64,000 bases of DNA from Eledone cirrhosa (lineage: Eukaryota). Where the stretch lies: positions 68,448,001-68,512,000 of the forward strand of contig OZ024746.1 of the NCBI GenBank assembly GCA_964016885.1, read 5' to 3'. Position numbers and translations under genes: made by a program. Below the pieces are notes generated by a model. The model made no database searches, was not told where the DNA came from, and saw only the letters and a list, made by a program, of their open reading frames with translations. Shown piece after piece: positions 50,917-62,182 of the stretch (the stretch's first letter is position 1; every line of letters begins with the position of its first letter).

Positions 50917-52366
50917 ATTATTCTGATAGGTGATGATGATGATGATGGTAATGATAATGATGACAAGGATGATAATGACATTGGTATTGACACTAATGAT
51001 GAAGATCATAATGATGATGATGATGATAAGAATCCAATGACAACAATGTTAACAATTATGATGACAATGATGATGATAATTATCACAATCAAAATGACAA
51101 CAACAATGACTACTGCAGCTGATGATGATGATGATGATGGCAGTGATGAGGGGGAATCCTCCTCCTCATCTACATTATTGACTTGTGTGTGTGTTCAATA
51201 CTAAATAATCAGCATTAGAAGAGAAACTGAAAGAAGGATGAAAGAGAAAAGATAAAAACAAAAAAAAAACAACAACAGAGAAAGAAACAGAAGAAAGGTG
51301 AAAGGTGAAAGAAGTGGGGGGGGGGTAAAAATGGTGAATTAGTTAAAAGAGCAAAGCATAAATAAGAAGGAATGATAGTGGTGGTGGTGGCGGTGATAGT
51401 TTTAGTGGAGGGGTGAAAGAGGTAGGGGTGTAATGGAAGGCATAATAGTATAACTAGGAAGGAAACAGATTAAAAGGGGAAATGGTAAGGTGAGATGAGG
51501 TAAGAAGAGAAGAGATTTAAAGAATGATGAAAGGATTCTGAAAAAAAACAAAAGGGGGTAAGAGGAATAAGTATTTAGTAGTGAATGAGAGAAGAAGAGA
51601 TTTTGGAAAATACGCAGTGAGGAAGAGGAAGCATTTAGGTAAGAGTGAGAGAAAGATGGATTTGTAAAATGAGGGAGAAGGGGAGGTATTTGGTTGAGAA
51701 AGAGTTGAGAAAGAATTAGAGGATTTGGGATTTTGTAAAAACGAGAAGGAGGTATTTAGGAAAGGGGAATGAAAGAAAAGGGATTCAGAAAGGGGTATAG
51801 TTAGTAGATATTTGAGAAAGAGTGAGAGATGAAGGTATTTTGGAAGTAAAGGAAAGGGGGTTTGGTGGGGTTAAACATAGAATAAGTGAGAAAATATATT
51901 AATCCATGCAAATCTGGGGAAACAGGGCATGATGATTATGATGATGTTTGACAGGAGAAAGTTTACTGAGAAAGAATGGATAGGAGCAGGCCTATGTATA
52001 ACTAGTAATAGACCCATTCTAGGTGTAAAATGTAGGCCACCAAAACCTAGTAAAAGGCACAGACCAGATGTGAAATGTAGACTCAAGCCACCCAAATCCT
52101 GTAAAATGCTCAGGCCAGATGTGAAATATAGGCCACCTCTGTCTGGTAAAGGGTCCAGGCCAGGTGTAAAATGTAAGCCCCATTTTAAACTGTTCATTAA
52201 GTATTCTAGTAATCAGTGCCAAATACATATAACTCATGTACAGATTATAGGTATATATGTATGTATATATATATATATATATCCAGGTATATATGTGTGT
52301 ATATATATATCCAGCAAATCTTCAACCATCAAGGTTGTTTTTCTAAGGGTATGTCAACAAATTTTG

Positions 52367-52430
52367 TATTTTATCTGATGAAAGTGCACCAAAATTGCCT
52401 TGGTTGCCTTGAAATATATATAATAAAATA
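52367..52430 (+). ncRNA. Type-I hammerhead ribozyme (family F) in (AT)n-embedded insert ~52311-52566
   Basis: TATTTTAT-CTGATGA-AAGTGCACCA...TGGTTGCCTT-GAAA-TATATA-TA-ATAAAATA; 8-bp stem I. Confidence 0.8.
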
Positions 52431-52714
52431 AAATAATTATGGTTTTATAAATATAGTTTCCATTTATTAATATATTGAATATTTACTCCAGTAACTGTTG
52501 AGTGCTTTATATCAGTTATAAAACTTTTAAGCTTGTTGAATCCTAACAAATTTAATATAACTTCTGCATATATGTATATATATATAATTGGTGTTGGGTG
52601 TTTAAAGCGTCCGTATGCGGTAGGCCGTATGAGCACTCGATGTTCTCATAGAGCAGAGTATTATATCACAGAAAAAAAGGAAAATCTATAGGAAAATCTG
52701 CTTCGTAGAATCAA

Positions 52715-52811
52715 GACGTATCTGAGGACCTTGCGATTTTCAGAGTCAGGTTCGATCATCAAATCGATCATGCCTCGAGCTGGTCGCCCAGAGAAACGAT
52801 TGTAATATGTC
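52715..52811 (+). ncRNA. Type-I hammerhead ribozyme with extended stem II (family E) in insert 52588-52862
   Basis: GACGTAT-CTGAGGA-[64 nt]-GAAA-CGATTG-TA-ATATGTC, then AATAAA. Confidence 0.65.
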
Positions 52812-52937
52812 CAATAAATTCCATTCGTCGCAACACTGGTTCTCTTTTTTTTATGTGATATATATATAGAGAAAGATAGCGTGAACCTAATAAACCTTTA
52901 TTTGTCTGCCTCTCTGTTTTTGTTCCCATCCAAGTTT

Positions 52938-52975
<38 letters not shown>

Positions 52976-53016
52976 CGAAACATAAGTCAATTGCATGAAC
53001 TCATAATCCTTTATTT

Positions 53017-53072
53017 GCTGCTATATATATTTCAATGATAGCCATTGAATGGCTATGACCTCATCAGGCAGT
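53017..53072 (-). ncRNA. Type-I hammerhead ribozyme (family B relative)
   Basis: ACTGC-CTGATGA-GGTC-ATAGCCAT(TCA)ATGGCTAT-CATT-GAAA-TATATA-TA-GCAGC. Confidence 0.8.
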
Positions 53073-53154
53073 TAGTCAGTTCTTAGATATGCCAGCTCTG
53101 TGTTTATAGTGTTGATGGTATTAGAGCCTTGAGACATATTATTATGGCCCTTTA

Positions 53155-53499
53155 CATCATCATCATCATCATTTCATTTTACGTCCACTTTTCCCTGCTT
53201 GCAAGGGTGGGACGGGAACTGATTCTGGCTTGATTTCTACAGCTGGATGCCCTTCCTAACACCAACCCCATTTACAGTGAGTGCTGGGTGCTTTTTTGCC
53301 GTGGCACCTCCACGACCACTTTGCAGTGGAATGATAGGGACCCCAGTCCCTATCATCTCATTTCTACAGCTGAGTAAACTGGAGCAATGTGAAATAAAGT
53401 GTCTTGCTCAAGGAAACAACACATCACCCGGTCTGAGAATTGAACTCACAACCTTTCGATTGCAAGGCCAATGCTCTAACCACTAAGCCATGTGCCTCC
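53155..53499 (-). mobile_element. tRNA-derived SINE family 1, full length
   Basis: GGAGGCACATGGCTTAGTGGTTAGAGC head, box B, RTE-type tail ending (ATG)n. Confidence 0.9.
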
Positions 53500-55536
53500 A
53501 TATGCATATATATATATATATATGCATATGTATATACAGCCCACTTCACACCCCTCTAAACTGACTTGGGTAGAGGTGAAGTGGGGTAAAATAAGAAAAT
53601 ATGACAGACATGAAAAAATGTTAGATCAGTGCCATGTCATGATTAAAAAACAAAAAGTAAGCAAATGGAACAGTGTATTTGAGGGACCATGGATTCACAC
53701 AGTGATACTATCTCTTTCAAAACAAAATATAACAGATTCAAATTAAGTTTATACCATTACTAATTTATTATATTATCCAAAAATATTAATATCATTATTT
53801 AAGTAATACAATTTCTGGTTTAGACACAAAGCCAACAATTTAGGGGAAGGAGAAAGTCGATTAAATCGACCCCAGTGTGTTACTGGTACTTTATTTTATC
53901 AACACCGTAGGGATTAAAGGCAAAGCTAATCACGGAAGGATTTGAACTCAAAATGTAAAGCGCCATAACAATATGCCACAAGCATGTTGTCTGATGCTTT
54001 ACTGATACTACTAATCCACCAAAGTATATTTAAATAATATGACAATGAGTTTAGTAGTCTACAAAATTGTGAAACAAAAATAAAATGTTAGATAATTAAA
54101 TAAATAATAATTTTTATGGGGGTAATCTATGTTTATTTTGTTTCTTAGAAACATATAACTCTATGCACCCAGATCAGTTTGATCATAATTAAGTTTGCAT
54201 GAGCAGGGCAACTTATACATTCTGAAAAAAGTTTTATTCAGAGTTACTGCTCTCTTAGACTGATCACAGAACCACCTCTTACACATAAATTCCGTTTTTT
54301 ATATTGTTTCTAGGGTTGCATACCCCTTTAAACACCAACTGCTTTACAGAACTAGAGATCTTGTTTGTATACAAACACACAAATACAGAGTTAAGTCACA
54401 CATATATAATATGAGTAAAAAGACTTCATAGAGTTGATATGTGAGATAATTATGTGAGATAATTATGTGAGGTAAAGCCTTTACTGTGAAAATATAATAG
54501 CAAATATAAAGTAATGTAAATTCTAAAGGGTAAAGTTCTACTATTTTACTCTAATGTTATATTTCCTGGACAATTCTTAAAATTTGGTAGAAAACCACAA
54601 CCCCTTAAAATTTGAAATTGCAGGAATTTGGAACATGAAATCTGTAAAGATTGCACCTGTGATAATCAATGTATTTAGGACTGTGAGTAAGGAAATAGAC
54701 AAATGGATAAAGGAGATTGGAGAGAAGTGTCCTGTAGAACTTTTACAGAAGGTTTGCGTCTAGGGCAGAAGTTCCTAAAGTAGGTTCCGTGGAAACCAAG
54801 GGTTCTGCAAAGGAGATTTGGGGTTCTGTAAAAAAAGGTAGAGGAGTATATTTATATTACAACAATATAACAGTATTAGACTTTGGGGCTCTCCCAAAAG
54901 TTTCTGAACCAAAAGGGGTTCTGCATTTGCAAAAGTTGGAGGAAACCCTATTCTAGGAAACAGGAAAGATAATCAGAAAGGTTTTGAACACTTGATGTCA
55001 TGTTGAAATCATGTGAATACCTAGTGTTACGGGTAGTAACCCACCACCTACATTTTACTAGGAATAAGATCAATCCTAAGTCAAAAAAGAATAATAATCT
55101 CTATTTTGTTTTGATCTAGCACAAGTTAAATGAGGCAATGACATTGCTTTTCATTATATTGCTTTTGTGAATCTCAATGCTTTTTAGGCTGGCTTTTATA
55201 CTGGATTTCTGCTCTATGTGCATCTTTTAGTGTCGGTGTGTCGGTATGTGTGTGTGTGTGTGCATATGTGTCTATATGTATGTCTGTCTGTGCATACGTG
55301 TCTGTGTGTATGTGTGTGTAGATGTGTACATATGTGGATGTACATGTGCATATGTGTCTGTATGTGTGATCGCGTGTTCATGTGTGTGTCAGTGTATGTG
55401 CATGTGTGTGTGTGTACATGCAAGTGTACATGTGCATACATCTGTGCATGTGCATGCATGAACTACGATCAAACAGTTAAGAAGCTCTATGAAATCATAA
55501 AGTCCCGTGTTCCTATCCACTACTAAACAGCTTCAC

Positions 55537-55971
55537 TATCTGTCTTCTACCATACTCCTGGATAGACCAAAACCTTGTGAATAGATTTGTGAGGCAGAGA
55601 CTGTGTGGAAGCCCACTGGATAATTATCTGTCTTCTACCATACTCCTGGATAGACCAAAACCTTGTGAATAGATTTGTGAGGCAGAGACTGTGTGGAAGC
55701 CCACTGAATAATTATCTGTCTTCTACCATACTCCTGGATAGACCAAAACCTTGTGAATAGATTTGTGAGGCAGAGACTGTGTGGAAGCCCACTAGATAAT
55801 TATCTGTCTTCTACCATACTCCTGGATAGACCAAAACCTTGTGAATAGATTTGTGAGGCAGAGACTGTGTGGAAGCCCACTGAATAATTATCTGTCTTCT
55901 ACCATAGTCCTGGATGGACCAAAACCTTGTGAATAGATTTGTGAGGCAGAGACTGTGTGGAAGCCCACTGG
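55537..55971. repeat. 88-bp minisatellite, ~5 near-identical copies
   Basis: Units start at 55537, 55625, 55713, 55801 and 55889. Confidence 0.95.
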
Positions 55972-56508
55972 GTGCGTTGTGGAGTGTGTTTGTAATTCAA
56001 AGAGTGGCTCTAATATATCCACACAACTGTGCCATGTTGAGTCTACCTCAAGATGGTATTAAGTATAGATGTGTTTGTGGAATGTTTAACAACACTGGAA
56101 GTCAATGACTTGATGATGATGATGATGATAGGGGGTGATACAGATGATGGGGGAGGAGAAGGATAACGATGATGGTTGTGATGATGATGATGATGATGAT
56201 GATGAGGCAGAAGAAGAGGAGAACAAGTGTGGTGGTCGTGATAATGGTGTTACAGATGGTGGGGGTGGGAGATATGTTTGATGGTGGTGATGATGATGAT
56301 AAAGAGGAGGATAAATGTGATGTGATGAGGCAGAAGTGGAGAATAAGTGTGACGATGGTGATAATGGTGATACAGATGATGGAGGAGGAGGATATATATA
56401 TATATGGTGGTGGTGATGATGATGAAGAAGATGATGGTGGTGGTGGTGGTGGTGGTGAGGAGGAGGAGGCTGAGGACTGTGATGGTAGTGATGATGCTTA
56501 ATCAAGAA

Positions 56509-56606
<98 letters not shown>

Positions 56607-58172
56607 GGTGTGTGTGTGTGCCTATAACCTCTGATGCCATCTGTGTGCATTTGTGTGTGCAGGCATGTGTGTGGTGTGTGGATGCACACTCACAGAAACC
56701 TTAGATACCGTCTGTGTATATAACCTCCGATGCTATGCCTTTGTCATCACAACACTATATATAATGCAAAGTCAGTCATGTATTACGCAGTCACATCCTT
56801 TTTTTTACAATATACAATCATATCATTTGCCTATAATGGACAAACCAGTGAATAGTTACTCCTAATCTCTACTCATTTGCATGCAGCTTTTCTCCTGATT
56901 TCACATTGCATATCAAATAGAAAAAAAATCATTCCAATCTATACAGATATGTAAAACACATACACACACACAGAGATAGCATGTAGATACAGGTATAACA
57001 TACACATACATACATGTGGGAATTATAATAATCATTCTTGCACATAGAGGCATATATAATTCCTATTGTATGAAGAAATATCATGGATACAGATATAGAA
57101 AACAGGCAGGGTTTCACAAATATGTGTATATGTGTATGTGCTAGCAGGGAAAGTGGATATTAAATGATGATGATGATGATGATGTGATAAAATACATATA
57201 CATACACACACACATATATATACACACACACACACACACACATCATCATCCTTGTTTAACGTCCACTTTCCACGCTAGCATGGGTTAGACGGTATATATA
57301 TATATACATATATATATGCAAAAAGTAAACAGAAATAACAAAGCAATGACACAGCATAATGAAGAAATATATTAGTTTTACGCTTGATATAATAGGAAAA
57401 GAGCCTTAACGTTTCGGATGATAGTCTTTTATCAGTAAATAGAATGAGAAATAAAAAAAGAAATAGAAAGATAGGGGAGAATGAGCAGTGGTAGAAACGA
57501 GTATATATATATTGAATTAATTTTTTTTTTTGTTGATATAGATATAGGGATTGCTGCAGAAGCTGTTGTATTTTGCCATAAGTTGTGGGTGGTTGATCAA
57601 GTAGGCTTATGATCAACTACCATTCATGGAAAAAGTGTCTCGTCTAGACTCACAATGACCTGAGGCTATAGTAAATGATATTTGCTCAAGATACTATGCA
57701 ATGGAGTTGATCTCTGGATCTAATGATTTTGAAGCGAATCCCTTAACCATCATTCAGCCATACTACATCCAGAATTGGATAATGTAGCTCAATTTGAAAC
57801 ATCAACTGCATTAATCTTACTACCTTTGGAAGACTTATGCAGGCTATAGGCAAAAACCCTTAAATAGACAGAATGGTCATAGCTGAAATAACTTTGATTA
57901 CAAGTTTTCTTAGAGTAGACTTGGGACTAAACAACAACACTAACCTTTAAATGTCTAATGAATTTATTCAATCCAGTCAATGTCTTATGAGAGCTTAAAT
58001 ATATTTTAAAATATAGATCCTCAAGAAAAACTAAAAGATGCATACCACCTTCACTCTTCATGTACAAGCCAATAAGCAAACATTTATATCATAGATTAGC
58101 TGACAGTAATACAAGCTAAGGCTCTTTTAGTCATAATAAAAGGATGACAAATTTCATAATATTATCTTAGAT

Positions 58173-58356
58173 GGCGGTGGATTGGCAGTATCGGTAGAGG
58201 GTCGGACGCCATGCTTTCCAGCATAGTTATGTCCCTTTACGATCTGAGTTCAAATCCTGCCGAGGTTGACTTTGCTTTTCATCCTTACAGGGTCGATAAA
58301 ATAAAGTACCAGTAATGCACTGGGTAATCGCTGGCCTTGTGCCTAAGGTAGAAACA
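58173..58356 (+). mobile_element. SINE family 2, full length
   Basis: TSD ATTATCTTAGAT at 58161 and 58357. Confidence 0.9.
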
Positions 58357-59756
58357 ATTATCTTAGATACACTATATTTCAATAAAAATTTGTCTGGTGA
58401 TTCATAGAATCCTTCTGAATCAGGGATTGATCCATAGTTGAGCAACAACAACTCGGCATACTTTAATTATTAATACCTTTACTTCTTTAAACTGCATTAA
58501 AAAGCAGAAAACAGCACAATGACTACATCACATTAAAAATTAAAATATTTAATTTACTGCAAAAATTTCCAGCATCCTGTCCCCAATTAAAGATTTGATA
58601 AACATTTGAATTAGCAAAACTGTTTTTAGATTGTTTCTGCTAAATCCTTACAGGATATTATGAGTTAAATCAATCCTAGTTGGAGATAATTCTTTACAAG
58701 TAGTTAGTAGTGTTGTTTCAATGACTTAAGTCAATAATGACTATTTCAGCACTTCTGAGATGAACCAGAAACCAAGCACAAAGGCTTGAAGCAAATAAAG
58801 ATACCAAAAGGTATCTTTATTTGCTAAACATTGCGAAGGATTAACTCTTAACATCCTGTTAGGAGAAAATATCTAAAAGTGTATTTGTTAATTCAAATAT
58901 GAATAGTATTTTTGCTAGTGGACAGATTGTTGTGAAAATTTGCAGAAAGCTGAAAGGTTTCAATTTTTAATGTGCTGCAGTCATAAATGCTATTTTGTAC
59001 TTTTCAAGATTATCATGTTAATGCGGTTTCATGTGGTACAGGATATTAAAAGATAATCTAACACACAGGAATGGAAACAGTTCTCTCTGACAGGCTTCCA
59101 CACAGTTTCTATCTACCAAATTTCACTCACAAGACACTGGTTAAGCCAAGGCTACAGTAGAACATGCCACACTTTCTCAAAGTACCATACAGTGAGATTG
59201 AACATAAAACACAATTGCAAAACAACCTTCATAACCACACAACCAAACTCTTGATAGAGATATTTCATTTTATGAGAAGATGTTTTATTTAAAACACAAA
59301 AATTCTTTCTTTTCACTAGTAAAAATAAACATTTTCTTTTTAGGGAAGGATAAAACAATAAATAACCTTTTCAGTATTTAGTTACATCCCAGTTATTTCT
59401 ACCTTCTCATCCCACTGGAGATGATACAGCCTTTTATCTCTCTCTCTCTACTTAATAAAATAAACATTACCTATATATATTGATAAAATATGTAACTAAA
59501 GTATAATCAGCTCCTAAAAAGAATTGTTCCCTCTACCTTGTCAAAAGAAATCACAATTTTAAGAGATAATTCTCCCTTTCATCCTATCCATAACATTTCC
59601 CACTCTGTTTCTTGTCAAAAGAAATATAGTGTACTTATTGTTTCTTTAAGCAAACAACATAGATAAAATAAATGACATTACATTGCTTTGTGGTTCTCTA
59701 TATACACTATATATTTCTTTAATTACTAAATAAACTGAATGGTGTGTATATATGGG

Positions 59757-60099
59757 ATCATTTCATTTCATTTCATTTTACGTCCGCTCTTTCCCTGCTT
59801 GCAAGGGTGGGACGGGAACTGATTCTGGCTTGATTTCTACAGCTGGATGCCCTTCCTAACACCAACCTCATTTACAGTGAGTGCTGGGTGCTTTTTTGCC
59901 GTGGCACCTCCACGACCACTTTGCAGTGGAATGATAGGGACCCCAGTCCCTATCATCTCATTTCTACAGCTGAGTAAACTGGAGCAATGTGAAATAAAGT
60001 GTCTTGCTCAAGGAAACAACACATCACCTGGTCTGAGAATTGAACTCACAACCTTTCGATTGCAAGGCCAATGCTCTAACCACTAAGCCATGTGCCTCC
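59757..60099 (-). mobile_element. tRNA-derived SINE family 1, full length
   Basis: Nearly identical to 53155-53499. Confidence 0.9.
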
Positions 60100-60153
60100 A
60101 TAGGGATATATATATATATATACAAATATATGTGTGTGTGTGTATTTATACAA

Positions 60154-60188
<35 letters not shown>

Positions 60189-60246
60189 AATGTGTGTGTG
60201 TATACAAATAAATATGTGTGAATGTGTTCATGTATGTGTTTATATA

Positions 60247-60319
60247 CAAGGTGTCCTAAAAATGTATACACACTTCATCAGCATTCTAATCATCAACTGG
60301 TGTATACATTTTTGGGATG

Positions 60320-60322
<3 letters not shown>
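60247..60322. mobile_element. Miniature Tc1-like MITE
   Basis: TCCTAAAAATGTATACAC / GTGTATACATTTTTGGGA inverted repeats, preceded by TA. Confidence 0.55.
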
Positions 60323-60356
<34 letters not shown>

Positions 60357-60503
60357 GGTATATATTTTATCTAATAATTCTAAGGACATGATTTATGATA
60401 TATATATATATATATATATATACAATATATTAACAAATGGAAACTATATTTATAAAACCATATATATTTCATTATACATATTTTATAAAACTAACCTATA
60501 TTA

Positions 60504-60569
60504 TATTTTATCTGATGAAAGCGCACCATAGTTTGCTCTGGTGGTGCTTGAAATATGTATAATGAAATA
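60504..60569 (+). ncRNA. Type-I hammerhead ribozyme (family F) in fold-back insert ~60421-60700
   Basis: TATTTTAT-CTGATGA-AAGCGCACCA...TGGTGGTGCTT-GAAA-TATGTA-TA-ATGAAATA; 60421-60483 is an inverted copy of 60551-60613. Confidence 0.8.
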
Positions 60570-60999
60570 AATATGGTTTTATAAATATAGTTTCCATTTG
60601 TTAATATATTGTATATTTACTCCAATAATTTGTTGAGTGCTTTATATCAGTTATAAAAATATTTTGCTTGTTGTATCCCAACAAATTAAATATAACCTCT
60701 ACATATATATATATATATATATATAAAAGGAAAAAATGAAACAAAATTTCATTTCCCACTCTTGGTACGGCTGTTACTTAAATATAAGTATGTACATGTA
60801 CATACATATATGTATACAGACGTACAGTAGTATGTATATATATATATATATATATACATACATGCACACATATATATATGTACGTATGGATTCACCGAAC
60901 ATTTATTATAATGCTCGGTGTGTTTGTAAACAAACATCCCGTATTAAGCCGTAGTGTCTAGCAACCATCGTTGCTTGTTTGTTCAACACTGACAAAGGA

Positions 61000-61042
61000 A
61001 CGCTGTACTAGTTTCAAGCTTATTAGCTATCGTCAGCAACGT
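61000..61042 (-). ncRNA. Minimal type-I hammerhead ribozyme (family G, left arm)
   Basis: Reverse complement of 61455-61497. Confidence 0.85.
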
Positions 61043-61454
61043 ATACCTTCCTGCCAGATGATTGAACGTCTGAAAGTATATACTTTCTTTATGCATATTA
61101 ACGGCTGAGCAGCCTAATTTGCATATCGAGTGGGTTAATCGGCCGGGTGCACCGACAACGATAAACGGAAAAAATGAAACAAAATTTCATTTCCCACTCT
61201 TAGTACAGCTGTTACTTAAATATAAGTATGTACAGTACATCTGTATACATATATGTATGTACGTGTACATACATATATTTAAGTAACAGCCGTACTAAGA
61301 GTGGGAAATGAAATTTCATTTCATTTTTTCCGTTTATCGTTCTCGGTGCACCCGGCCGATTAACCCACTCGATATGCAAATTAGGCTGCTCAGCCGTTAA
61401 TATGCATAAGAAAAGTATATACTTTCAGACGTCAATCATCTGGCAGGAAGGTAT

Positions 61455-61497
61455 ACGTTGCTGACGATAGCTAATAAGCTTGAAACTAGTACAGCGT
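61455..61497 (+). ncRNA. Minimal type-I hammerhead ribozyme (family G, right arm)
   Basis: ACGTTG-CTGACGA-T-AGCT(AATA)AGCT-T-GAAA-CTAG-TA-CAGCGT; palindromic stem III ACTAGT, GUA cleavage triplet. Confidence 0.85.
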
Positions 61498-61727
61498 TCC
61501 TTTGTCAGTGTTGAACAAACGAGCAACGATGGTTGCTAGACACTACGGCTTTATACGGGATGTTTGTTTACAAACACACCGAGCATTATAATAAATGTTT
61601 GATGAATCCATACGTACATATATATATGTGTGCATGTATGTATATATATATATACTACTGTACGTCTGTATACATATACGTATGTACGTGTACATATATA
61701 TATATATATATATAGAATAAGGAAATT

Positions 61728-62004
61728 GATATAGGTGGTGGTGGTGGTGGTGGTGTTGGTTGGTGACAGTGATATAGGTGGTGGTGGTGATGGTGATGTT
61801 GGTTGGTGACAGTGATATAGGTGGTGATGGTGATGTTGGTTGGTGACAGTGATATAGGTGGTGGTGGTGATGATGGTTGGTGACAGTGATATAGGTGGTG
61901 GTGGTGGTGATGGTGATGTTGGTTGGTGACAGTGATATAGGTGGTGGTGGTGGTGATGGTGATGTTGGTTGGTGACAGTGATATAGGTGGTGGTGGTGGT
62001 GGTG
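61728..62004. repeat. ~40-bp G-rich minisatellite with variable (GGT)n
   Basis: Unit GGTTGGTGACAGTGATATAGGT(GGT)nGATGGTGATGTT, about 6-7 copies. Confidence 0.9.
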
Positions 62005-62182
62005 TACCTTGGACTGCATTATCTAATGTGGTCATTTTTTAAAATATTATTTTAGATCGTAGGCTGTGCTATGAGAGAGAATTGACTGCTATTTCTAGTG
62101 TTAGTGTAAAAAATTAGAAAGACCCGAATTCCCATGGGCTGAAGCTGAAGCATATAGACAATATGCCCCCATGCCCCTCCCG

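Larger units (their letters stand above)
60729..61697. mobile_element. Family G: head-to-head inverted pair of >1-unit, circularly permuted ~430-bp hammerhead monomers (retrozyme-like)
   Basis: Left arm 60729-61233 has a terminal direct repeat (60729-60795 = 61167-61233, period 438). Right arm 61234-61697 is its reverse complement with its own ~35-bp terminal direct repeat. Confidence 0.8.

Noticed and set aside
51929-52378. 149-aa ORF with KCRPPKP repeats
   Set aside because: Arises from a ~42-48-bp degenerate tandem repeat and runs into microsatellite and a ribozyme insert; no coding evidence.
53420-53499. tRNA gene at SINE heads (also ~4650-4723 and ~60020-60099)
   Set aside because: A/B boxes are present, but they continue into a repeated SINE body and lack a complete cloverleaf.
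1406-61715. Numerous YIYI/HTHT/VCVC/MMMM ORFs in the ORF track
   Set aside because: They are translations of (AT)n, (CA)n and (GAT)n microsatellites.
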